Assembly (NCBI GenBank): GCA_022394775.1
Contig: JAGFCB010000020.1
Coordinates: 984 to 64,983 of the forward strand
Length of the DNA: 64,000 nt
Source of the DNA: Candidatus Poribacteria bacterium
GTDB taxonomy: Bacteria; Poribacteria; WGA-4E; WGA-3G
Direction of reading: 5' to 3'
Each line of letters opens with the position of its first letter. The first letter of the stretch is position 1. The position numbers and the translations under genes were made by a program. The notes under the pieces were generated by a model that was not told the origin of the DNA, made no database searches, and worked only from the letters and a program-made list of their open reading frames with translations. This document shows positions 7,073 through 15,240 of this stretch, one piece after another.

Positions 7073-10000
7073 TTGGCAAATCTAATTGGGAATTTGTTTA
7101 TGCAATACGATTCATCAACTTACACAGACCTGACAGACGAAGAACTCATTCGACGCGTGCAGGACGGGGATGAGGCGGCATTCGCCCAACTCGCAGCCCG
7201 CCATAGTTCCCGAATTTGGCAACTCGTTGTTTTCTACTCTCGCCAAACCCGCGATGCCGAAGAGATCTTTCAAGATATTTGGGTCGCCGTCTGGGAAAAC
7301 ATCGGCGGCTTACGCGAAGTCAGTAGTTTCGGGGCCTGGCTCCGAAAGATAGCCTGGACGACTTGCAGAAGATACTACGCTGCCAAGTCGCATACCAGAG
7401 GCGAAATCCTCCAGAGCGCGGAGAAACTCGCTGAGACGATTGATCGGGATGTGCTTGCCCGTTTTCGAGAGATGGAACTTCGAACGGCTGTGACGGAGGC
7501 GGTGCATCAACTACCGGAGCGGGTCCGCACCGTTGCGGTGCTGTACTACTTAGAGTTATGGACTGTCAAGGAAATTGCAGAGGAACTCGGCTTAGCGGTC
7601 GGTACCGTCAAGACGAGGCTCAGCCAAATTCGAGGGCTTTTGCGTGAAGAGTTTGGCGTTGAAGAAATTAAGAGGGAAACAACTATGGCGCGTGAAAAAG
7701 AAGCATCCAAGACATCACAGAAGGTAATTAAGATCTTCGGTGTAGGCGACGCGGGTGGCAACATTATCAAGTGGATGATCGCATCCGGTTTGGAAGGCGT
7801 GGAATTTTACGCTGTAAATACGGATTTAGAAGCACTCCGCACATGTGATGGTGCAACACAGGTGCAGATCGGTGCTGAAACCACACAAGGATTTGGCGCA
7901 GATGCGAATCCAGAGATCGGTAGAAGGGCAGCTGAAGAAGATTTGGAAAGCCTCAATGCCGCCATTGCAGACGCAAGCCTTGTTTTCGTTGCGGCTGGTA
8001 TGGGCGGTGGAACGGGGACAGGTGCTGCGCCCCTGATTGCTGCTCTTGCGCAAGAACACGGGGCTTTGACAATAGGTGTTGTGACACGTCCGTTTGATTT
8101 TGAGGGACAACGCCGCGCCGAACAGGCAGAATACGGACGCTATGAACTTCAAGGGAACACAGATGCCGTTATTGTCGTGCCGAATCAGCGGCTTCTCGAT
8201 ACTGTCGATGTAGAACCCTCACCGAGTGAAGCGTTCCGTATGAGCGACGAGACTGTGCTACTCGCCGTTAAAAGTGTCGCCGATATTATCACAGAGTCAG
8301 GCGAAATTAGCCTTGACTTCGCCGATGTAGCAAGCATCATGCAGGATGCTGGCACGGTGTTCATGGGCACAGGACGAGCAAGTGGTGAAAATCGGGCGCG
8401 GGTCGCTGCAGAAAGTGCTGTCGCCTCTCCACTCTTAGATGGGGAAAAAATGGAAAATGCTCCTGGGTTGATTGTCAACATCAGTGCCCCGTCGGATTTC
8501 ATGATGCATGAATTGAATGAGGCGATGGAGGTCATCAAAGATGCCTCGCCTGAAGCGCAGATTATCTTTGGATTGGTCTATAGGGACGATGATCCTGATG
8601 AAGATAAGGTTGATGCGACGATCCTTGCGACGGGGATTGAGACACAAAGCGAACCTACCACACCACTCTCCACTCGGCAGGATGGCACCTCGCCTGAAGG
8701 CGGTACCTATATTCCTTCTAAAACCGGTTCCGAATTTGTGCATCTACACAACCATAGCGAATATAGCATGCTTGACGGTGCGTGTCGTATTCCAGAGATG
8801 GTGGATTGGGCAGTCGAAAATAGCGTTCCTGCTGTCGCACTCACCGATCACGGCAACATGTTCGGGGCATGGGAACTCTACAACAAGGCAACAGAGGCAG
8901 GCGTCAACCCGGTCATCGGTTGTGAGGTGTATGTCGCACCTGATAGCCGCAAGACCCGTGCACAGAACCAGAACGGTCCTTATCATCTCACATTGCTCGC
9001 CGAGGATGCAACGGGTTACCAAAATCTTTTGGAATTGGTATCGCTCGGATATACGGAAGGCTTGAATCGCAGGCCGCGCATTGACATGGAAACCTTGCGT
9101 GAACACCGTGAAGGGATCATCGCGTTGACGGGGTGTATCCAAGCACAAGTGCCGCAACTCCTCTGCGCAAATCGGCGAGACGAAGCCGTTCAAAACTTCA
9201 AAACGCTGATGGAGATAATGGGGAAACACAACCTCTACGTTGAGATACAGAATCACTACATTGACAAGGAACTTCAGGCGTACCCAGTGATGGTGGAGTT
9301 GGCGAAAGAATTCAATCTTCCGCTTGTTGGGACAAACGATTGCCACTATCTCCACAAATCCGACCACGAGATGCACGATGTCCTTCTCTGTATTCAGACA
9401 AAAAGGACTGTCAACGACCAAGAGCGTCCCCGGTTTGACAACCACTTCTACTTTAAAAATGCTGACGAAATGCGCGAGGCACTTAAGGATTATCCACCGG
9501 AAGCCATTACCAACACGCTTGAAATTGCGAACCGGTGCAACCTTAGACTCGACTATCGACAAGACTCAATGCCGAAGTTTGAAATCCCCGAAGGGCACAC
9601 ACACGACAGTTATCTCAGAGAACTGTGTTATCAAGGCTTACGTAAAAAGTATGGTGAACTCTCCGAACCGATCCAACAGCGGATTGATTATGAACTGGAT
9701 ATAATCAAACAGTCAGGATACGCCAACTATTTCCTGATTGTCGAAGATTATGTCAACTATGCGCACAAACAGGGATACCCACTATCAGCCCGCGGTTCCG
9801 CCGCCAGTAGTCTGGTGCTGTATGCCCTTGATGTGATTGGTTTCAATCCGATGGATCACGGTTGTATGTTTGAGCGGTTCCTGAACCTTGAACGTCTCGC
9901 GCCACCCGATATTGATATCGATTTCGCCGACCGCGCCCGTGAATCTGTAATTGCGTACTTAACGAAAAAATACGGTGCGGATTCTGTCGGCAAAGTTGCT

Positions 10001-11374
10001 ACTTTTGCTACTTTGGGTGCGAAAGCCGCTATCAAAGATGTGGGACGCGCCCTTGAAGTGCCGCTTGAAAAAGTCGAAAAGTTGACACAGTTAATTCCGT
10101 CTTTCCCCGGAATCACGTTAGATGAGGTCTTGGAAAAAGTGCCTGAATTCCAGACACTTGCGGAACTCCCTGAGAATCGGGAATTGATTGAGATTAGCAA
10201 AGCGGTGGAGGGTATGAAACGGCACGTCTCCTGTCATGCCTCTGCGATTGTCGTCACGGAGGGACCGTTAACAAATTACGTCCCGTTGTTCAAGGATAAA
10301 CACGATCAAGTGGCAACGCAGTTTGAAGGAAAAATCGTTGAAGATGTCGGTATCATCAAATTCGATTCCCTCGGTTTACGGAGTCTTAGTGAGACATACG
10401 ACTGCCTTCAAATGATTAAGGCGAACCACGGGGTTGAGATCAAGTTAGAGGATATCCCGTTTGACGACAAGAAGACCTATTCACTGGTCAACAATGGATT
10501 TATCGCGGGTTTGTTCCAGTTAGAAGGCTCTTCTGGTATGTATCGGGTTGTTACCGAACTCAAACCAGATAACTTTGAAGAATTCTCCGCTATTCCCGCA
10601 CTCTATCGCCCGGGTCCGATAGAAAATGGGGACATGCAACGGTACATAGATCGGAAGAATGGGCTACAACCCGTAGAATCGTATATCCACCCGTCGGTTA
10701 AGGATGTACTCAAAGGCACGTACGGTGTATGCATCTATCAGGAACAGGTGATGCAGATCGCACACGATGTGGCTGGCTTTACACTCGCTGAGGCGGATAT
10801 ATTGCGCAGCGCGATGGGCAAAAAGGACCAAATACTGCTCAAAGAACAGCGTGAGAAATTCGTTGAAGGTGCAATGAAAAAAGGGCGCGCTAAAGGCGAA
10901 GCTGAAGCGATATTTGACTGGCTCGAACCTGCCGGTAGCTATGCCTTTAACAAGTCACATACGGTCGCTTACTCGATGTTAGCGTACCGTATGGCGTACC
11001 TGAAAACCCACTATCCGCACGAGTTCATGGCGGCAATGATGACCGGCGAGTCGGGCGATTCAATGAAAATTGCCCGATACCGAGAAGAGTGTAGAAAACT
11101 CGCTGATTTTCTGGGTGTAGAAATTAACCTGCTTCCGTTGAATGTGAACAGTAGTGAGAAAGGCTATACGGTGGAAGGCAATGCCATCCGTTCTGGGTTT
11201 GTCACTGTAAAAGGAATGTCGAATGAATTGATAGATCAGATTTTAGCAAAGAGAACATCTGATGGCGCGTTTGACTCGTTAGAAGATTTCGGGACGCGGG
11301 TAGACGATGTGGATGGACAAGTTATTGACACCCTCATTAGGGGCGGTGCATTTGATGCCATTTCCGGGGCATAG
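7073..11374 (+). CDS. single ORF fusing an ECF sigma-70 family factor, an FtsZ GTPase core and DNA polymerase III alpha (DnaE, lacking the C-terminal third)
   Basis: 1433 codons with no in-frame stop (TTG at 7073; first ATG at 7100). The domain calls below rest on strong signature motifs. The stop is TAG at 11372-11374. Confidence 0.7.
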   Translation: MANLIGNLFMQYDSSTYTDLTDEELIRRVQDGDEAAFAQLAARHSSRIWQLVVFYSRQTRDAEEIFQDIWVAVWENIGGLREVSSFGAWLRKIAWTTCRRYYAAKSHTRGEILQSAEKLAETIDRDVLARFREMELRTAVTEAVHQLPERVRTVAVLYYLELWTVKEIAEELGLAVGTVKTRLSQIRGLLREEFGVEEIKRETTMAREKEASKTSQKVIKIFGVGDAGGNIIKWMIASGLEGVEFYAVNTDLEALRTCDGATQVQIGAETTQGFGADANPEIGRRAAEEDLESLNAAIADASLVFVAAGMGGGTGTGAAPLIAALAQEHGALTIGVVTRPFDFEGQRRAEQAEYGRYELQGNTDAVIVVPNQRLLDTVDVEPSPSEAFRMSDETVLLAVKSVADIITESGEISLDFADVASIMQDAGTVFMGTGRASGENRARVAAESAVASPLLDGEKMENAPGLIVNISAPSDFMMHELNEAMEVIKDASPEAQIIFGLVYRDDDPDEDKVDATILATGIETQSEPTTPLSTRQDGTSPEGGTYIPSKTGSEFVHLHNHSEYSMLDGACRIPEMVDWAVENSVPAVALTDHGNMFGAWELYNKATEAGVNPVIGCEVYVAPDSRKTRAQNQNGPYHLTLLAEDATGYQNLLELVSLGYTEGLNRRPRIDMETLREHREGIIALTGCIQAQVPQLLCANRRDEAVQNFKTLMEIMGKHNLYVEIQNHYIDKELQAYPVMVELAKEFNLPLVGTNDCHYLHKSDHEMHDVLLCIQTKRTVNDQERPRFDNHFYFKNADEMREALKDYPPEAITNTLEIANRCNLRLDYRQDSMPKFEIPEGHTHDSYLRELCYQGLRKKYGELSEPIQQRIDYELDIIKQSGYANYFLIVEDYVNYAHKQGYPLSARGSAASSLVLYALDVIGFNPMDHGCMFERFLNLERLAPPDIDIDFADRARESVIAYLTKKYGADSVGKVATFATLGAKAAIKDVGRALEVPLEKVEKLTQLIPSFPGITLDEVLEKVPEFQTLAELPENRELIEISKAVEGMKRHVSCHASAIVVTEGPLTNYVPLFKDKHDQVATQFEGKIVEDVGIIKFDSLGLRSLSETYDCLQMIKANHGVEIKLEDIPFDDKKTYSLVNNGFIAGLFQLEGSSGMYRVVTELKPDNFEEFSAIPALYRPGPIENGDMQRYIDRKNGLQPVESYIHPSVKDVLKGTYGVCIYQEQVMQIAHDVAGFTLAEADILRSAMGKKDQILLKEQREKFVEGAMKKGRAKGEAEAIFDWLEPAGSYAFNKSHTVAYSMLAYRMAYLKTHYPHEFMAAMMTGESGDSMKIARYREECRKLADFLGVEINLLPLNVNSSEKGYTVEGNAIRSGFVTVKGMSNELIDQILAKRTSDGAFDSLEDFGTRVDDVDGQVIDTLIRGGAFDAISGA
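7100..7669 (+). other. ECF sigma factor module (regions 2 and 4)
   Basis: DEELIRRVQDGDEAAFAQL, FQDIWVAVWENIGGLRE and FGAWLRKIAWTTCRRYY (region 2). LPERVRTVAVLYYLELWTVKEIAEELGLAVGTVKTRLSQIRGLLREEF (region 4 HTH). Confidence 0.85.
7685..8641 (+). other. FtsZ module (GTPase plus C-terminal core domain, no C-terminal anchoring peptide)
   Basis: The in-frame ATG at 7685 is preceded by AAGAGGG (7670-7676). IKIFGVGDAGGN, GFGADANPEIGRRAAEE, tubulin signature GMGGGTGTGAAP, VVTRPFDFEG, T7-like SLDFADV. Collinear with E. coli FtsZ along the whole core. Confidence 0.85.
8735..11371 (+). other. DnaE module: PHP domain, palm/thumb/fingers and HhH; ends before the clamp-binding/OB/tau-binding regions
   Basis: FVHLHNHSEYSMLDG (PHP), GSAASSLVLYAL, catalytic PPDIDIDF and KFDSLGL, HASAIVV, FNKSHTVAYS. 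Terminal sequence is LIRGGAFDAISGA-stop. Confidence 0.85.
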
Positions 11375-11393
11375 TTTCGCAAATGCCTCTTTC

Positions 11394-11420
11394 GCTGGCG
11401 GGGTTTGCATCCCCGCCAAT
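11394..11420. terminator. GC-rich hairpin between convergent genes (related to REP family B)
   Basis: gctggcgggg-tttgca-tccccgccaa, located between the fusion-ORF stop (11374) and the convergent gene end (11451). Confidence 0.5.
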
Positions 11421-11450
11421 CCGAATCAGACCTCAGTATTATAAACGAGA

Positions 11451-12788
11451 CTATTTTGCCAGATCCCGTGCCTCTTTGAATTTCTCTTTAGCGAATTGTC
11501 CCCATTCCTTGATTTTTTCGTTGCGGACTATTGAATCTTTCCAAGCACCCTTTGCGAGTTCCATCGCCGCTTCTTCGGTTATCGGCATCTTCGTTAAAGC
11601 TGCAATTGCCGCTTCCCGTTTTGCGGGATCCTTACACTTCCGAATGGCTTTCCACGCGTTGACGAGATCCTTATGCGAAGTGATAATCAGAACCCCGAAG
11701 AGCTCGTTGACGAGATCCCATCGGATACTGCCTTTATCTGAGTCGTATTGGAATGGAGATACTTCCATAGCAAACGGGTTTGGAACGATGCATCTTTCGC
11801 CGAGTTTATCATAGAGTGCTGGCAGCACGCTTGCGCGGTTTAAACCGCCTTTCCATTCAGGTCCCTCTGGATCGGTGTCTCGGAGCATCCAGAGTTTTTG
11901 TGCGTTTTCCGATAAAACGAACTCAAGAAATTTTTGCGCGACCGGCAAGTTCGGAGCCCCTTTAAGGATAGCAATGGGATCAGCCGTAACGACTGTGCCC
12001 TCTGCGGGGACGACGTATTTAATCTTATCTGCACCGACGACGGCGATCTGACCATAGGCATAAAAATCAATGGCGAGCCCATAAATGACTTGTCCCGCGA
12101 CAACATCTGTTGGGATAGCATTGGCACCCGCAGAGAAACCGCGAACATTCCCCCCAATTTTTGTTAAAAGTGCAAACCCATCTTCCCATCCGACGGTTTG
12201 AAGGATAATCTCATATATCATGTGTGCAGAACCGCTCTCTCTCGGATCGGCTGCACCAATTTTACCGAGCAATTCCAAGTTCCCCAAGTCTTGCCATGCT
12301 GTCGCTTTCGGGAGTTTCAACAGTTCCCGAAGTTCTTCATTGTACATGATACCGAAATTCGATAACGCTGCGCCATACCACTGATATTCGGCATCATAGA
12401 GCGGAATCCCGTGGAACGATTGCGCTATCTGCTCAAGTTGCGTTCCGGGCAACTCGTAAGCGTGGAGCCATCCCATATTTGAAAGTCGAAGGTAGTTATC
12501 TGTGCCGCCACCAAAGAAAATATCGATACCAATGCCGTCCGGCACGCGTTTAAATTCCGATTCAATGAACCGATAGTTAGAAGAGGTTCCCCCTACATCT
12601 CGCCAATCGGTTTTGACGGTTCTACCTGTCTGTTTTTCGTACCACTTCTCAAAATTTTTGCCAAACTCTGTTTCAATGCCCTCTGGATGTGGGGAGATAA
12701 TGATGAGTTCATCTTGCGCGAATGAGAGCAGGGGTAGTACTAAAAGAGATAATATTGTTGCCAGTACCACGGGCTTAAAATCGGACAT
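11451..12788 (-). CDS. ABC transporter periplasmic substrate-binding protein (family 1, iron(III)/polyamine-type), orphan
   Basis: 445 aa with a signal peptide (LLVLPLLSFAQDE). Typical SBP N-terminus IISPHPEGIETEF...WRDVGGTS. No permease or ATPase gene is adjacent. Confidence 0.75.
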   Translation of the reverse strand: MSDFKPVVLATILSLLVLPLLSFAQDELIIISPHPEGIETEFGKNFEKWYEKQTGRTVKTDWRDVGGTSSNYRFIESEFKRVPDGIGIDIFFGGGTDNYLRLSNMGWLHAYELPGTQLEQIAQSFHGIPLYDAEYQWYGAALSNFGIMYNEELRELLKLPKATAWQDLGNLELLGKIGAADPRESGSAHMIYEIILQTVGWEDGFALLTKIGGNVRGFSAGANAIPTDVVAGQVIYGLAIDFYAYGQIAVVGADKIKYVVPAEGTVVTADPIAILKGAPNLPVAQKFLEFVLSENAQKLWMLRDTDPEGPEWKGGLNRASVLPALYDKLGERCIVPNPFAMEVSPFQYDSDKGSIRWDLVNELFGVLIITSHKDLVNAWKAIRKCKDPAKREAAIAALTKMPITEEAAMELAKGAWKDSIVRNEKIKEWGQFAKEKFKEARDLAK

Positions 12789-12828
12789 TTTTTGATACTC
12801 CTTTTGCGGTATGTTTAGTAATAAGTAG

Positions 12829-13821
12829 TTACGGTGAGAGCGTTGGTTCTTGATGAAAGATGAACAGGGACGGGTTCACCCACTTCTCTTTTTCGATATC
12901 ATAAATGCCGTAGTGGAGATGCGCACCGGTGCTACGGCCAGTATTTCCGACGTAGCCAATAATCTGACCACGTACCACTTCTTGATTAACTTTGAGCCCC
13001 TCAGCGTAGCCTTGCAAATGCGCGTACAAAGTTTTATACCCGGATACTTCATGGGTAATCTCAATTGTATTTCCCAAATAACCACTCTTTCCAACCTGTA
13101 CAACTGTGCCATCCGCGGCAGCGATCACAGGAACGCCGGCGCGGGTTTTAATATCCAACCCTTGGTGAAATTCACGGTTTTTCGTTACCGGATGGTTCCG
13201 CCATCCGAACTGAGAGGAATACCAAAAAGCGTATTGTTCCCCGTTTTCCTGTTGAAGTTTCACTGGGAGAATCAAAGGATAGCCTAAAAGTTGTTTTTGA
13301 TATGCATTGATATAGCTATAGAGAGCCTGCAACTCCTCTTTCAGGATACTGGGTGTCAGTTCCTGCTGCTCGTGGGTATCAGGTGGAGTATCAGTGGACG
13401 CTGATATATCCATCTGTTGAGACGCGGATTCTCCGAGGGATTCAGTAATATTAAGATCGCCGCCTTGCCCGAGGATCCCTAAAGCCTCCTGGATCTTTTT
13501 TGCTATCTGCCGAATGTCGTTCATCTCCTCATTAACGGCAGCAAGTTCCGATTCTACTTGGTGTTTTGCCTGCGTTAATTGTTCAATTTCTTTCTCCATG
13601 CGCGTCTGTAATTCGTTTTCAGTACTGATTCTCTGCCGTTTTTCGGAGAGACCATAGCTGAAGCCGCCAATTACCGCAAAGAGTAGACCAAGGATAACGC
13701 AGGATAGCAGCAATAGATGACCGCGACCGATCGCGTGCTGGCGAACAGAATTTTTATCAGTTGACATGATAATAAGCGTATACATTATAACAGATTCTCC
13801 TTTCCAATAAAGCTTATGCAA
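12829..13821 (-). CDS. M23-family metallopeptidase with N-terminal TM segment and coiled coil (EnvC/NlpD-like)
   Basis: HQGLDIKTRAGVPVIAAADGTVV and GNTGRSTGAHLHYGIY (HxxxD and HxH M23 motifs). The exact start is uncertain because several Met codons lie near the N-terminus. Confidence 0.85.
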   Translation of the reverse strand: MHKLYWKGESVIMYTLIIMSTDKNSVRQHAIGRGHLLLLSCVILGLLFAVIGGFSYGLSEKRQRISTENELQTRMEKEIEQLTQAKHQVESELAAVNEEMNDIRQIAKKIQEALGILGQGGDLNITESLGESASQQMDISASTDTPPDTHEQQELTPSILKEELQALYSYINAYQKQLLGYPLILPVKLQQENGEQYAFWYSSQFGWRNHPVTKNREFHQGLDIKTRAGVPVIAAADGTVVQVGKSGYLGNTIEITHEVSGYKTLYAHLQGYAEGLKVNQEVVRGQIIGYVGNTGRSTGAHLHYGIYDIEKEKWVNPSLFIFHQEPTLSP

Positions 13822-13883
13822 AACATGAGCGTTTGCTTACAAGAGTTGGAGACTTATAGATACCTATCTTTGAACGAAGGGTT

Positions 13884-14021
13884 TTACATGCGCGAAACGA
13901 TCGCCGGCATTTTCCAGATGAGGATGATGATGGCACCAAGCAGGATGAGATACCACACGATCAACATTCGGACGCGGGTTCTCTTGAAAATGTAACGGCG
14001 CGGACGTTTCAATTGACTCAC
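13884..14021 (-). CDS. possible 45-aa single-TM protein (below the ORF-track size cutoff)
   Basis: My translation from GTG 14021: VSQLKRPRRYIFKRTRVRMLIVWYLILLGAIIILIWKMPAIVSRM-stop. It fills the gap between two co-directional genes. The SD is weak. Confidence 0.3.
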   Translation of the reverse strand: MSQLKRPRRYIFKRTRVRMLIVWYLILLGAIIILIWKMPAIVSRM

Positions 14022-14031
14022 TTAACCTTTT

Positions 14032-14949
14032 TTACGTTTTTTTCGTGGCTCGAATTTGGGATATTCCGTACTTGAAAGCTGCCTCTATATTAAATTCAAC
14101 GTCTTCATACACAATTTTTTCACCTTTTTGCGGTAAGTGTCCGAGCAACATCAGGACAAAGCCGCCAATTGTATCACACTGATCTGTCGGGATTCGGATG
14201 TCTAAGACTTTGTTAACATCAGCAATTAACATGCGGGCATCGATACGCCAGTCGCTTGCGCCAAGTTTTTCGATGTGAGGTGTAGTCCGTCTGCGATTCG
14301 CCTCGACTTTGCCTATAATCCGCTCTAAGATATCTATCAACTCTACGATCCCGACACAACTGCCGTGCTCGTTAACCACAATCGCGATCGGTATCTCAGA
14401 TTGTCGCAGTTCACCCAATAAATCTATAGCAGGTTTCAGGGCAGGGACATAATTCACATCCCTCACGAATGACGATAAATCGTCGTCGTCGAGTTCGCTT
14501 GTAACTACCTCCATTGCATCAATGACTCCGAGCAATTGGTCAACGCGCGCATTATAAATAGGGATATAATGATAATTGGAGGTGCGACAAAGTGTGAGAA
14601 CTTCGGAGGACGATGACCCGACTATCAGGGCGGCTGTTTCTGATAATGGCAACATCACTTCCTGTGCTGTCAGCGTTTGCATCTCAAAAATTGCGCTGAG
14701 TAACTCGGCTTCGGGGTCCGAAAACGCCTTAATATTTTCCAGAAGTAACTGGACGAGTTGTTCACGAGATGGGGTCGTCTGCCCTCCCAACTTTCCAAAG
14801 CGCCCCTTTTTACGGGGCTTGGCTGCCTGTTCATCGTATGCAACAAGCGGTTTAGGCGTGACTAATTCTATTTTCCCGGTGTCCGGCTTTCTAACGACAG
14901 GCATGGGCCCCTCTTTTTCTTCTGAAGGGATTTTGGTAATCTCGTTCAT
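14032..14949 (-). CDS. CBS-pair plus CorC/HlyC transporter-associated domain protein (CorC/YbeX-like, no membrane domain)
   Basis: 305 aa. CBS-like segments around VMLPLSE and IPIAIVVNEHGSCVGIVELIDILERIIG. C-terminal CorC_HlyC-like DTIGGFVLMLLGHLPQKGEKI. Confidence 0.8.
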   Translation of the reverse strand: MNEITKIPSEEKEGPMPVVRKPDTGKIELVTPKPLVAYDEQAAKPRKKGRFGKLGGQTTPSREQLVQLLLENIKAFSDPEAELLSAIFEMQTLTAQEVMLPLSETAALIVGSSSSEVLTLCRTSNYHYIPIYNARVDQLLGVIDAMEVVTSELDDDDLSSFVRDVNYVPALKPAIDLLGELRQSEIPIAIVVNEHGSCVGIVELIDILERIIGKVEANRRRTTPHIEKLGASDWRIDARMLIADVNKVLDIRIPTDQCDTIGGFVLMLLGHLPQKGEKIVYEDVEFNIEAAFKYGISQIRATKKT

Positions 14950-15240
14950 AGTTTATATCCACGTGAATTTGAGAATAAACCGTAGTTAACCGTTAACCTG
15001 TGGAGCGAATGTTTGATATCCGCTTTACACTGCGCCTTGCGGCGCAATTGACACACTTATTCAGTTATGATAAGTCGAATCTGATTTTTAGTCAAACAAA
15101 AAATAAAAATTCTATATCTAACTAAGAATCATAGGATACTTTGAGGAAAAAATCAAATTATATCCATAAAAACCGCTAATTTTGCTTGAAAATACTTTGG
15201 GAGCCAAGGGGTTGGTTAGAGAAATGTGGTAATTTCATTC

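Noticed and set aside
8517-9065. The +1 frame inside the fusion ORF reads ...KAVPIFLLKP..., reminiscent of the FtsZ C-terminal (D/E)IPxFLR peptide, hinting at a frameshift that would separate FtsZ from DnaE
   Set aside because: That frame has no stop until 9065. The third frame has a stop at 8695-8697, before its TAA at 8719-8721, so no single indel restores a normal FtsZ end plus a DnaE start. The resemblance is short and probably chance. It is worth re-checking only with reads.
11383-11814. 143-aa plus-strand ORF after the fusion gene, considered as a possible continuation of DnaE (also 43569..43985 + next to the PhyH gene)
   Set aside because: The sequence is unrelated to DnaE C-terminal domains and lies antisense to the well-supported binding-protein gene. 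43569..43985 is likewise antisense to the PhyH gene.
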